From NCBI GenBank assembly GCA_951406725.2, contig OX597831.1:48856001-48920000 (forward strand): 64,000 nucleotides of DNA. Reading direction: 5' to 3'. Below, in pieces: positions 13,691 through 27,043 of the stretch; positions within the stretch are counted from its first letter, which is position 1; each line of letters opens with the position of its first letter. This stretch comes from Octopus vulgaris. Taxonomy: Eukaryota. Under the pieces are notes generated by a model. It saw only the letters and a program-made list of their open reading frames with translations. It ran no database searches and had not been told where the DNA came from. The translations under genes and the position numbers were made by a program.

Positions 13691-15450
13691 ATTGTGGGTT
13701 TTATTTCTTTGTCCTTGGGATTATCCTTCCAACAGATTTAATTATATGTATGTATGCATGCATACACTCACACACACATTGGATAATATAGTCTTGTATG
13801 TCCTCCATTGTAAAAAAAAAGGAAGAACCAAGATGCTCAAAACTGAAATGATTTTGATCTCAGATTTGTTCAATCATGGTTGAGCTGAGACTAAACAACA
13901 ACAACATAGTGACAAGCACTTTATTTTCAGTTGCTGTGATGATTTGCCAATATATTCCTTTGAATCCCAAATACCAAATGATTTTGTAGTGACTCTTTTC
14001 ATCATAAAGACCAAAAGCAATACATGGAAATATTTGAATTTGAAACTGTTAAATCTATGTTTATTCTAACTAAACAAACATGGAAAAATAAAGATTTGTG
14101 TGTGTGCATGTGTGTGTGTGTGTGTGTGTACGTGTGTGTGTGTGTGTGTACGTGTGTGTGTGAGCATGTGAGTATACAGAAACTTTTGATTGCATGATTG
14201 TTACACCTATTTCTTTTAATATGATTTTATTTCATTAATTTTCTCATTACTAAATATTAAATAAAATGTTTGCTGACTTTCAAAGCTTCTTTAAACTCTG
14301 TCTGTAGCTTCTGTACTTTTTGTAGCTTTATTTATTTTTTATTTTTTTATTCAGCTATTTTATCTTTCTAAATTTCAATACCTTTTACTTAGAAATGTCA
14401 TTCCCCCCACACTGCAATAGGAAAGATACCATTTATAAAATCAAAAGAGATATTCAAAGAAATATTGTTATTATATATGCAATATTTATGTCAACAAATG
14501 CCTGCTCCAAAGACTTCATCAATCAAACAGCAGCAAGCTTTATGGGACTACCAAACCTCTATTGAAACTGGTTATCTGTTGCTTACAGCAATAAGAGTTC
14601 CAGTTGAGCCAGTCAATGGAACAGCCATCTCATGGCAGTAACCCTTTAACATTCAGATTCTTCTACCATTCGTAATTCTTATTGACTCAGTGTTTTGAAT
14701 TAATCATGCATTGGCCAGTTTATATGCTAAAGAGTTAATGTACAAGTAATTGAACACTCCACAGACATGTGTATCCTTAATCTTTTAGCATTTAAACCAG
14801 CCATATCAAGCCCAAATATTCTACACATTTTACATTCAAACCAGCCAGATCTAGCCTTTCCTACCTACCCTACAATGTGTTTCTAAAAAGAAACAATCAC
14901 ATCATTGAAATCTTGAAGCTATAAGATAATTAATGCAGGATTAATTCAAAACAATGTGAATATATAAGCATTACATTTGACGGGATTAATGTGGTTCCTA
15001 AGGAAACTCAGTACGACACAGAATGTGACAAGGCTGGCCCTTTGAAATACAGGGATTACACATTTTTGCCAGCTGAGTAGACTTGGAGCAACATGAAAGA
15101 ATGTGCCTTGCTCAAGGACATGACACGCCACCAGAAATTGAACTCACAACCTTATGATCACAATCCACACACCCTAATCACTGAGCCACATGCCCTCACC
15201 CAATCCCTACAGTTATAGCATGGGGGATACATTATCCCCAGTGCATACCAATTCTTAGGATCTAGGGTAGAAACCAACTCTTCCTCTATTGGCAAGAAAT
15301 CTTGAACTAAAACTGAATAATGACATACATACATACATACATACATACATACCAATTTCATCACATATGCCAATCTCATCACATATGCATCTTATTATTA
15401 TTAAGCTAATCGAGTTACCCTTATTTTTTTACATGTACTTTCCATGCTGA

Positions 15451-16584
15451 CATTGACTAATATTTTGTCTTAGTTAAATTGGCAAATTGGCACAAGACTG
15501 CAATACCTTAGAAGATCAGCAGTGATTTGCAATCAGAAGTCTATAGATTACAGTTTTTTGTGCTACATAGTTCTGATTAACTCCACATTGGCCTGAAGAA
15601 ACTATGATACAAAGAGAAGATGGGGGCTGGATGAGGTGTCACAGTCTGAGCCTTTTTTTTTATTATTTAGAACTAGCTTAAAAGCCACACTCCATATGGA
15701 CTTTTAAGCTGCCTACTGTGGAAAGCCAATTGGGCTTGTAGGCCAAAACTAAAGAAAGCAATTATGATAAAGCATTTGTTGGTACCCTACTAATATGATA
15801 TTACTTTAAATTCATTTTGAATGAAAAACTTGTAATTTCACAAATTTTTGGAGTTCTTTTAAAATTTGAATTTTCAACTGTTAGCATACAACAAATCCTC
15901 ATCCAGACCTGATCCCAATGCTGGATGTTAAGGAACCAATTGAAGGGGGCAGATTTTCAATCCTGGGCTCATCCTTATTCCAAAAAGTTATAATATGTCT
16001 ATGTAGAGCAAATGGAGACTAAAATAAAGGGGTCCCAGATGGATAGACAGAATTTTATGCTTATTATTTCATGGGTCAGGGACCACATCTCACTCATATG
16101 TTCCATTTTCGACATAGTTTCTACATTTGGGTACCCTTCACAAAACCAAACATTTTACAGGGCATACTGAGTGCAATTTATTGTCGTGCAGTACCAGAAG
16201 GTTGTCAGGTCTCTGAATAAAAGGCCCTCTCTACTCTATGTTGTTTATGGTCATTAGTCAACCAGTTTAAGGAGACCTAGGTGCATTTTATCATGACGCC
16301 AATCACCTGTCTTCTCTACCCTACATCACTTTTGTTCATTCACCACCCACTTGACAGAATATATTGTTATGTTTTATGTTTCAGTCATTAGACTGTGGTC
16401 ATGCTGGGGCACTGATTGAAGGGTTTTAGTCGAACAAATTGACCCCAGTAAATTTTCTTTTTAAGTCTGGTACTTATTCTATTGATCTCTTTTCTTTCTT
16501 TTGTTTACCAAACTACTAAGTTACAGGGACGTAATCAAACCAACACCAGTTGTCAAGCAAGATGGAGAGAAAACACAACCTCAG

Positions 16585-16623
<39 letters not shown>

Positions 16624-17020
16624 CAATGGGTCTCTTTCAGTTTCCATTAACCAAATCCATTCATGAGGCTTTGGTCAGCCTGGTGCTACATCGGTAGACA
16701 CTTGCTCAAGATGGAACTGAACTCGGAGCCATGTGGTTGAGAAGCAAACTTCTTACCACACAGCCAGGTCTCCACCAATAGAGTATTTTATTGTGGCACC
16801 AGCACTAAAGATGTTATCTTGTCCCCAGAAAGGCAACACAACCCTATTAACACTATGCATTATTGTTTCTCCAAGACAATCTCTCTAGTCATGTGGAACT
16901 AATCAGGACTATGTAACACCAAAAACAGTAATCTATAGATTTTTGATTTTTAATCACTGCTGATCTTCTAATGGTTCTCAGTCTTGTGCCAATTTCACTA
17001 AAACGTACTATTAGTCAATG
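15451..17020. mobile_element. About 1.57-kb element with about 150-bp terminal inverted repeats
   Basis: 15451-15600 is the reverse complement of about 16880-17020 (CATTGACTAATA...AAATTGGCACAAGACTG...TAGAAGATCAGCAGTGATT...TCTATAGATTAC). SINEs are nested inside. Confidence 0.75.
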
Positions 17021-17270
17021 ATTAATATTGATGTTTTTCCTCATTACATATTCCTAGTGAGATTTTTTATGCTCCCAATATTATGTTAATCCTTACTTAA
17101 TTGTTCATGAAGCAGATGTTGCATGTGTAAACACACACACACACACACATATATGTATGCATGCATACATGCCTGTATGAATGTATGTAAACACATGTAT
17201 ATTATGTGTATGTACCTATATATAGATATGTGTGTGTATATGTGTATGTATATATATATATATATATATA

Positions 17271-17476
17271 TAACGGGAAGGTTTATGAAAATAAACAAAA
17301 GACGAAGGCAGGTGGAGTACAAACAAGCAAATGTATTAGTATGGCGCTCAGGAATAGAAATAGAACAAGTCTTTTACGTTTCGAGCCTACGCTCTTCGAC
17401 AGAAAGATACGCAGAAAAAAAACAAGGAGAGAAACAAGGAGAGAAAAAAATGTGTGTAGGAGCTAACGATCTATCA
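17271..17476 (-). mobile_element. Short PLE-terminus-like repeat with a hammerhead-like motif
   Basis: Near-identical copy at about 55321-55500 and a degraded copy at about 42420-42590. All three adjoin (TA)n or (TG)n tracts. Confidence 0.7.
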
Positions 17477-17702
17477 TATGTATGTATGTATATGTATACA
17501 TGTGTGTGTGTAACCACCATAATTTTAGACCCACTTTCCATGCTGATATAGGTAGACTACTTCAGTTGGACCCAACATATGTTCAGAAGTTATAGCTCAT
17601 CGAGGCAGGTCATGGCACTTCATGTTGCTCATGTTTCAGATTCTTGCTTGCTTTCTACTGCTGTAACTGTTTAATCATCTTTTTTTTTTTCCTTTTTTCC
17701 AG

Positions 17703-17813
17703 GTGTATCCTTTAGATAAAATGAGCAGAGATAATGGTGCCATACTCGTCTGCTGCGGCCCAGACAACAATGGAGGACATGGACTTGTCTGTGCACGACA
17801 CCTTAAACATTTT
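17703..17813 (+). CDS. Internal coding exon A of a YjeF_N / NAD(P)HX epimerase-like gene (NAXE/YJEFN3 family)
   Basis: Acceptor ttttttccAG at 17701-17702 and donor GTAAGT at 17814. 111 nt, phase 0/0. Encodes [37 protein letters not shown], matching the family motif [19 protein letters not shown]. Confidence 0.93.
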
Positions 17814-18401
17814 GTAAGTAAACTGATTAAGAAGCTTAAAAGTAGATCGATCTTTTATTCTTTTACTTGTTTCAGTCATTTGACAGTGGCCATGCTGGAG
17901 CACTGCCTTGAAGGGTTTTAGTTGAAGAAATCGACCCCAGGGCTTGTATTTTTTTTAATGCCTAGTACTTATTCTATCAGTCTGTTTTGCTGAACTGATA
18001 AGTTACAGGATGTGAACACAATCCAGCGCAAGTTGTCAAGCTGTGATGGAAGGACAAACACAAAGGCACACATACATACATAGATAGATACTGTCTTCAT
18101 CTATTGTTTCAAATTACTGTTGTTTACTTTCCTACATCCACCCTGTATTATTTTGTTTGCTTGAGCCCTGATTCTCTGTAAATCTTGCGGGTGACGCCGA
18201 TATACAATGTTCCTTGTCTTATCGTTAAAGGCATGAAACTAGGTTTTAGTATTTTTCAATTGATAACTGATGAAGTATTAGGGTTCTGGTGTCTGTACTT
18301 CATGTACATTTTGTAGTACTTAATTCATTTTTCATTTATGGAATAACTGAATGCCACACATCCTGATTTTTTTTATATGCATAAATATGTATATATATAT
18401 A

Positions 18402-18436
<35 letters not shown>

Positions 18437-19342
18437 GACAAGCTTCTTTCAGTTTCCATGTTTCCATCTACCAAATCCACTCACAAAGCTTTGGTCAGCT
18501 CAGAGTTATAGTGAAAGACACTTGCCCGAAGTGACATGCAGTGAGACTGAACCTGTAACCACATGGGTGGGAAGCAAACCATCCGTGCACTTTTCAAAAT
18601 GAACAGCTATTTCAAAGTTTTACCTAAAGCATCTTTTCCAAAGTACATATACCCTTATACAATAAACCAACACCTTTCAGCCATATATATGTTCTAATTT
18701 CAGTTTTTTTTTTCGCCCAGACACTAATTAAATCTACAATATAGGTTGCATCTACCACAAAGTACATTTTCACCAACAGTAAGAACCACTTTAATAACTA
18801 TTAATATGTGTTCGACCAATCTGCTCCACCCGAAAATACTTTAAAACATCTCATAAATTCAGAACATAAACACCATTAACATTACACCATTTAATATATT
18901 TATTTACTTAACCTTCAACCAATAAATTTTGCTTTAACTATCATTATATATAATATAATATAATTTTATTTTTCTTTAATTCATTTCACTATAATTATGG
19001 TCTCTGCCCTTTCTAACATGATCTCAAACTATTTCTAATACATTAACAATTTAACACTGTAAATTCACATTCCCAATAACTATATACAACATTATACGAA
19101 TTTAATATTCTAAAACAATTACAATTTAAATGTATTTTTTGTTTGAAGAGTTTGTGCCAGTTAATGCCATGTGTTATTTGTAATATATTTTCTGTACAAT
19201 GAATTCAATTAGACAATACTGTTGCAGCAATGAATAACATCCTACTGTTTTCTAAAATAGAATAAATTATTTATTTGATATATCAATCATAATTGTCTAT
19301 AATTGGAACATTATTTAATTTCATATATCATCATCCTCATTG

Positions 19343-19397
<55 letters not shown>

Positions 19398-19874
19398 TTA
19401 ACTTCTGCTTTCCAAGCTGGTATGGGTTAGATGGTTTGCCTGGAACTGGTAAGCTGGAGAGCTGCACCATGTTCCTGTCCGGTTTGGCATGGTTTCTGCA
19501 ACTTGATGCCCTTTTTAGTGCATTTTATGTAAAAATAAGGGTACAGATAAAAGAAGAGAGGATGAAGATAAAAAAAATGAAAAAGGATCAAAGAACTTAG
19601 GAAAAGAAATAAAGAGAATAATAAGATGCCAGCACTATTTCTCAAATTTAGGGTTGAAGCAAGAGATCAAGCAGCGAATTAGTGTCTGTTGAATATATGA
19701 AGTTCCAGTTGGTTATGGCCAGTAATTTTATGAATATATTCCTACCTATGGGAGTGTGAATACATTAAAGGAGGAATGGAGAAGTAGGCATGAATGAAGA
19801 AACCAGTTAAATATTTGTTTAAGAATAAAAGTTACAATTTAAGATTTGGAGATCTAAGAGCTTAAGGTTTAAAG

Positions 19875-20153
19875 CCGTGGTTCCCAAAGTGGGTGATATT
19901 CCCGCCCCCCGGGAGGTGCAGTGGAAAGTTCCTAGGGGGTGTTGAAGAAAAGTGGGGCGATAATGGGGTAGTAATTAATGAAAAACAACAAAATAATGGG
20001 TTCATTGGATTAAGTTTTACTTGTGAAATACAGTTGCTTTGAATTTGCTTCAGAAAGAGGTATAGGCTCGTGATGGTTAGTTGGGGTGGGGGAAATAGGA
20101 ATGTGGCCCAGGTGTCAAGGGGGCGGCAGACTGAAAATGTTTGAGAACCACTG
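19875..20153. mobile_element. hAT (Charlie-like) MITE
   Basis: TIRs CcGTGGTTCCCAAA / TTTGAGAACCACTG with a perfect 8-bp TSD GTTTAAAG at 19867-19874 and 20154-20161. Confidence 0.92.
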
Positions 20154-20339
20154 GTTTAAAGTTTAAGAGATTAAATTAAAACCTGCAGGTTAAAGTAAAG
20201 AATTCACAGCTATCTTCTAAGATACTAATGGTGATGGAGAAGATAATGAAGGGACAGACATAAGTATATTATAACGACCATGGAAATATGCAAGTAAGCG
20301 TTATGTGTGAGGGATAAGTTTACACTTGGACTTATGGAA

Positions 20340-21255
20340 AAATTTTAATGTCCATGAAAATATGTATTTACAAGTTGCAAATGCTTCGTTTTGTTTGTTG
20401 AGTAACTGTGGTGAGTTGAGTTAATATCTGGAAGGCCTCCTTTAGGCAGAGTCCAGATTTAGAGCACTGACACTGATATGGGATGCCAGAATCTATGATC
20501 ATCCAGGATGTCCTATATTGTATTTTCCTATTAATTAGATGGTGTATGTGGCTGGCTTGGGATGTGGAGTTGCTATACTCTTTATATTTAAATGAGTTTA
20601 AATGTACGGAATATCTTTGCTTGAAATTAATGGTAGATCAGATATAATAGCTAGATGAATTATTTTAATAAGTTGTGAACAGTGCATTTGTATACCACGT
20701 TGAACTTTCTGCAATGGGCTTGCAATGGGCAATTGGTACTGGACCTGTAGTTGCAACTATCTGTTCTAAGTTGATTAGAGGGATAAAGTTGTGCTAGTTG
20801 CGGACTAGTTGAAGGCTAGAGTTGTATTAGGTGATAGGCTCATATTATTGTTGTTGTCATTATCATTATTGCCATTATTATTATTATTATTGATATTGTT
20901 ATTTTTATTATTATTACTATTATTATTATTATTACTATTAGTTGTAGTAGCAGTAATATTATTATTATAATCATCATCATCAGTAGTAGTAGTAGTAGTA
21001 GTAGCAGTAGCAGTAGTTGTTGTTGTATTAGTATTAGCAATAGTAGCATTTTCATTGGTAGTAGTATTAGTATTATTGTTAGTATTATTAGTAGTTGTAA
21101 AGGTATTAGTGGTTATGATCATTATAATAGAGTTAGTATTGTTAGTACCAGTAATTCTATTAGTATTAACATTGGCTTCAGCTGTGCACATAGCTCCCTT
21201 GGAAGCGGGGATTATAGTATCTAGGTTCAAGCTAACACTAACACTATAATTAACT
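20340..21255 (-). mobile_element. Decayed Penelope-like element: RT C-terminal end, N/T-rich linker and GIY-YIG endonuclease
   Basis: Manual translation with frameshifts: VNYSVSVSLNLDTII, linker, SCNYRSSTNCPLQAHCRKFNVVYKCTV, FKQRYSVHLNSFKY, SWMIIDSGIPYQCQCSKSGLCLKEAFQIL, LNKQNEAFATC. Confidence 0.8.
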
Positions 21256-21392
21256 CTCTTTTGCTGAACCACTAAGTTACAGGGATATAAACACACTAAC
21301 ACCAGTTGTCATGCAGTGATGGGGACAAACACAGATGCAACCACACACACACACACACATTCACACAAACATGTGTACATATATATATATGT

Positions 21393-21676
21393 GGAGGTGC
21401 AATGGCCCAGTGGTTAGGACAGTGGACTCGCGGTCGTAGGATTGCGGTTTCAATTCCCAGACCGGGCGTTGTGAGTGTTTATTGAGCGAAAACACCTAAA
21501 AGCTCCACGAGGCTCCGGCTGTACTCTTTCACCACTCTTTCTCCCACTCTTTCTTCTGTTGGCATGCTCGCTTAGCCAGCGGGGTGGCGTCATTCGGAGA
21601 CTAAAACAATGCGAACGCATTGTGACCAGCGATGTGTAACTACATCTGATGGACTGGTCGGTCACGTGATCACATG
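21393..21676 (+). mobile_element. tRNA-derived SINE with family A head and an alternative 3' tail
   Basis: First about 125 nt nearly identical to 809-935. The tail ends GGTCGGTCACGTGATCAC and also occurs inverted at about 62345-62458. Confidence 0.8.
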
Positions 21677-22342
21677 ATATATATATGTACACACACACAC
21701 AAAATATGGGTGCTTAGTTCACAGGTAATCTAAATGACTAGGTATGCTAAGTAAGTGCTGTAACGGATTACTAGGGCTCCAAGGTTGCAGATTTCCGATG
21801 CAGCAGATATACAATTGTTAAAGAGGACAACAAATGTTGAGGCAAGGCAAACATCTCAAGTCATATACATTATTATTATTATTATTAGAAAAACAATTCA
21901 AAGTCTCACAGCTATTTCTGGGATATCCCAGTGTATGGGATATTTTGTCATTGGAGACAAATAGGGAAAATGAGAAGGGTTTAGATTAAGGAACTGATGA
22001 CGTAGGAGACAGGAGTAAAGGAATAAAGAGATGAAGAAAGAGAAGAAAAAAGAAGCATTAAAGTTCACAGTTCTACTTTCCAATCTTGTAGAAATAAGTC
22101 CATATGTCCTTAGGTGCAATCCTGCCTAAATCCATGTTGGTTACATATATATATATATATATATATATACGACAGGTTTCTTTCAGTTTTTGTATACCCA
22201 GTCCACTCTGAAGGCTTTGGTTGACCTGAGGTTATAACAGAAGATGCAACGCAAGAAGACTGAACCTAGAACCATGTGGTTGGGAAACAAGCGTCTTACA
22301 ACACAGCTGTGCCTATATATATGTGTGTGTGTGTGTGTGTGC

Positions 22343-22401
<59 letters not shown>

Positions 22402-22406
<5 letters not shown>

Positions 22407-23353
22407 GAATGAAAGAATGGAGTTGAACGAAGATTTTAACAAAATTCCTTTACTCTCAACACATGTTTCGAAATTTGGCATCTTAAGGACAACAATATAA
22501 CTTTCAAGCTGGATTGGTCCATATTGTCTGTATCCTTTCCTTTTGATAAGGGCAGGAAATATTGTGGCATTTGTAATTCTGAACACTTCTATATCCTTTT
22601 CGCCAAGTTCCCCTTGGTAAACACACTAATAGAAAAATCCTATAAATGTAAGCATTGGCAGTAGCACACTTTCCACTCATATAAATGATAAATAATATAG
22701 ATAACCTCTTTGATTTTAATAATTAGTTTCACATCTACACCACTGCCATAAACAAATTCTTTCTGTCTACTCCGTTGCATGAAACATTACTACTAAATAT
22801 CGTTGGCGTATGTTTATCTCTTTCTCTCTACCTCTCCCCCTCTCTCTCTCTCTCTCTCTCTCCCTATCATACGCACAATCAAACACACAGACACAAATTT
22901 GTCACCTCACTACTAAATATATTTGACAATTGTCCCCCCCACACCCCCACACACAGACACAAATGCAGTTATATACACACACTCATACACACACATAAAC
23001 ACTCAAACTTATTAACAAAAGCAAACACCCGTGCATCCCCATACATACAGCATACATAATGTCCCCTTCCTATTTTTAGAACTTCCTCCTTCCAACCAAT
23101 TTTGACGTCATTGCTTATAACGGATTATTTTTAAAAAAACACTCATTATCACTGTGGACACCATGTAGGCAGTCATCAAAAAGTTTTTGTTCGTCTTGAG
23201 GCTGATAGAGGTTCCTTGTCTTTCCTGATGAGAAGACGGCATAATGCACCCTTTATTCCTTCGGAATTAAGAGTATGCAGTCTTCGAAACATATGTTGAG
23301 AGTAAAGGAATTTTGTTAAAATCTTCATTCAACTCCATTCTTTCATTTATTCA
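22402..23353 (+). mobile_element. 5'-truncated Penelope-like element with an inverted terminal copy
   Basis: 22402-22472 is the reverse complement of 23284-23353. 22473-22688 encodes IWHLKDNNITFKLDWSIL...PFDKGRKYCGICNSE...LVNTLIEKSYKCKH, the C-terminus of a PLE endonuclease. A hammerhead motif lies near the 3' end. Confidence 0.85.
23220..23302 (+). ncRNA. Type I hammerhead ribozyme motif
   Basis: Stem I CTTTC/GAGAG, core CTGATGA (23225-23231), stem II GAAGAC/GTCTTC, GAAA, palindromic stem III ACATATGT, triplet GTT. Confidence 0.75.
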
Positions 23354-23498
23354 TATTTAAAAAAAACACACAAATTTCCACACAAGAACACAGGGTTTCT
23401 GCCCTTGGCATGTAGCTTCAACCGTGTTTTCTGACGTGAATTTGCTACCCAGGTACCGATTAACCGAATTATCCATACTAGGATAATTCATTCACCTA

Positions 23499-23552
<54 letters not shown>

Positions 23553-23969
23553 GTATATATATATATATAATGTATGTATAAACACACATATATATACATA
23601 TGTATGTATATGTGTGCTTGTGTTAGAAGGCTGTCCTAGTTGTTAGGATGATGAATCGTGTTCTTGAGCAAAACACTTTATTTCACATCACTCCAATCCA
23701 TTCAGCAGTAAGTGGGGTAAAAGTTGGCAAAGGGCTGGTATGCTGTTCAGGTAAAGAATATTACCTTGCCCACCTAACCAATGGATTAACATCATTCAAA
23801 AGCTACCACTATGCAATGAAACATATTTTGCCTAGCTGCATATAACAACATCGAATACACTCTCTCTCTCCCTCACTATATATTTATATATAAAGTCATA
23901 GTACTGCCTACTTGCTGAGTTACTGTGCATTCTCAGTTATTAAATATATTGCTTCAATGAACTAATTTT

Positions 23970-24565
<596 letters not shown>

Positions 24566-24977
24566 CACCAAGTCTAATTCTTTAAAATCTCTGATTCCAG
24601 AGTTTCCTACTTTTATCTGAGTTCCATTTCCTAAACCAAGAATATCTGTTGCACAACTAGTCTTTAATATATTCTTTCCCCAATGCCACCACAAAATACA
24701 AAGGTTATTTCCTCTACCAAGAATAGATTGGTTCAGTTCCATGTTCTTCAATTTCTAGATATAGGCTAGTCAAAAACAGTCTATATGCTAAAAAAAATAT
24801 TTTTGAATTATTTTTTCTTAATTTTTGTTTTATCATCATCATCATCATCATCATCATCATGACCATCATCATCATCATCATCATTATTGTTGTCATCATT
24901 ATCCGTTGTTGTCGTCGTTGCTATTGTGCTTTTTATTCTTATTTTTGTTGTTCTTTTTCTTGTTGCTGTTGTTTTTG

Positions 24978-25018
<41 letters not shown>

Positions 25019-25344
25019 GGTGGTGGTAGTAGTGGTATTTTTTTTTATTTACTTCTGTTTTTATTATTTTAATATTGATTTAAATACTTTGCATTTTCAT
25101 TTGCAAAAAAAAAGAAGAATGCAGAATAAAACTAGTCTGTTAATGCCTGCCTCTCCCCCTTCTCTGTCCCTCCCCATCTCTCTCTCTCTCTCTCTCTCAT
25201 TTTCACTTCATATTTTGTTCTCTTCTGAACTATTGCTCAGGAATACTTAACTTACAACAAGTATGCACGGAGTGCAGACAGTAAAAAGCTAGTGCATACA
25301 TACAAGTATGTGCATGTATGTATATATGTATGTGTGTATATATG

Positions 25345-25390
<46 letters not shown>

Positions 25391-25780
25391 TGTACACGTC
25401 ACATGTACATTGACACACATATCTATATGTCTATGTATGCATAGGATAAGATATGCAAATGGGAGAACTAGAATTCAATACAAAAGCAGAGATGAACCAT
25501 GACAGTAACTCAAAGGTAAAGAGTTTCGGGCTAAAGCACTTACCAAACTTTTATGAGTGTTTCAGTACAAAATACTAAGCCCTGAAATCATTTACAGGTC
25601 TTTATAGCAATAAAGGCAATATACACACACAAAAACACTCTCTCTCTCTCTCCTTCTCTTTCTCTCTTTCTCTCTCACTCTCTCTCTCTCTCTCACACAC
25701 ACATCTATGGATGGATGGATGGATGGATAGTTAGATAGATAGATAGATAGATAGGCAGGCAGGCAGGCAGGCAGGCAGGC

Positions 25781-25886
<106 letters not shown>

Positions 25887-26099
25887 GTCATCATCATCCT
25901 TAAACATTCAGGTTTGACCAGAACAAACAAGCTGGAGAGCAACACCAGGTTCCAGTCTGATTTGGCTTTGGTGTTTATGGCTGGATGTCCCTCATGATAC
26001 CAACCACTTTAGAGTGTGTACCGGGTGCTTTTAACATGGCACCAGCACAAGACTCTTGCAGGCCAATCCTCTTCACCAGTGTATGTGGCCTTAACACTT

Positions 26100-26460
26100 T
26101 TGCTGTGGTGGACAGATCCTCTTGAGTACCGCAAAGCATCAGATATCTCAGTCCTTTGTCATCTCCTCTGAAAGATTCAGTGTTCTGGGGTCATTCATCA
26201 GTACTTTGTCTCATGGGTATCTCTTTTCCACAAGTCCCATCCACTTTGAATGATCGTACTTCTTAATGGATCTCTCGACATCCAACCACATCACATGACC
26301 AAACCAGCACAATCTTCTCTCTTGGACACTGTATCTAATTCCTCTTGTGCCTAACTTTTTTCTCAATTCACTAGCATTCTGTTACATGTGTGCACTTCCA
26401 TCGCACATACTGGCCATGTACCAACACACATGCCTTTCTCTGAACTATCCATCCTTTCCT
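26100..26460 (-). mobile_element. RTE-clade LINE 3' fragment
   Basis: Minus strand reads ASELRKKLGTRGI...RLCWFGHVM...DKVLMNDPRTLNLSEEMTKD, with frameshifts. Confidence 0.7.
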
Positions 26461-26781
26461 CCTTTATTCACTGATGGTCTAGAACCTCTTAAAATAAACA
26501 CTAATTTATGAGCAGGGACTTCAGATTCTCACAGTTGCCAGACTAGTTAACTGGTACCTTGCACAGTACAGTATTTGTTGACTTGTATCCTTATTTTAAT
26601 GTACAGGACATATATTTCATTTAAGTAAATTTAATATTTGCTTAATTCAGAATGTATTGACTATGGTGACCACCACTGGTTTAGAAAAATTAGCAATCTA
26701 GAAAGGTTTTGGAAAACCAATGTTGTGTCCAAACAGAAATATGATATGTTTTGAATTTTTATTTTTTACTATTTTTTGCAG

Positions 26782-27043
26782 GGGTACAAACCATCCATTT
26801 TCTACCCTAAAACTTCAAATCAACAAATCTTTGAAAACCTGAGACTGCAATGTGAGAGAATGGATATGCCATTCCTTTCATTCTTTCCCAGTGAACCACA
26901 TCTGATAGACTCAGCTTATAATCTTGTGGTTGATGCTATCTATGGTAGCTGTCACAAAGAACGAATCACTGGAGACTTTGCTTCTGTACTAGAGACACTG
27001 AAAAAGATTGAAAATCCTCTCGTAAGTTTGGACATTCCTTCAG
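26782..27043 (+). CDS. Internal coding exon B of the YjeF_N / NAXE-like gene
   Basis: Acceptor ttttttgcAG, donor G|GTAGGT at 27044. 262 nt, phase 0/1. Encodes GYKPSIFYPK...QCERMDMPFL...YNLVVDAIYG...PLVSLDIPS(G), joining exon A in frame. Confidence 0.94.

Noticed and set aside
1-17700. Upstream exons of the NAXE-like gene (QLMELAGLSCA-type segment)
   Set aside because: I found no convincing match by eye. They are probably upstream of the window or too diverged to see.
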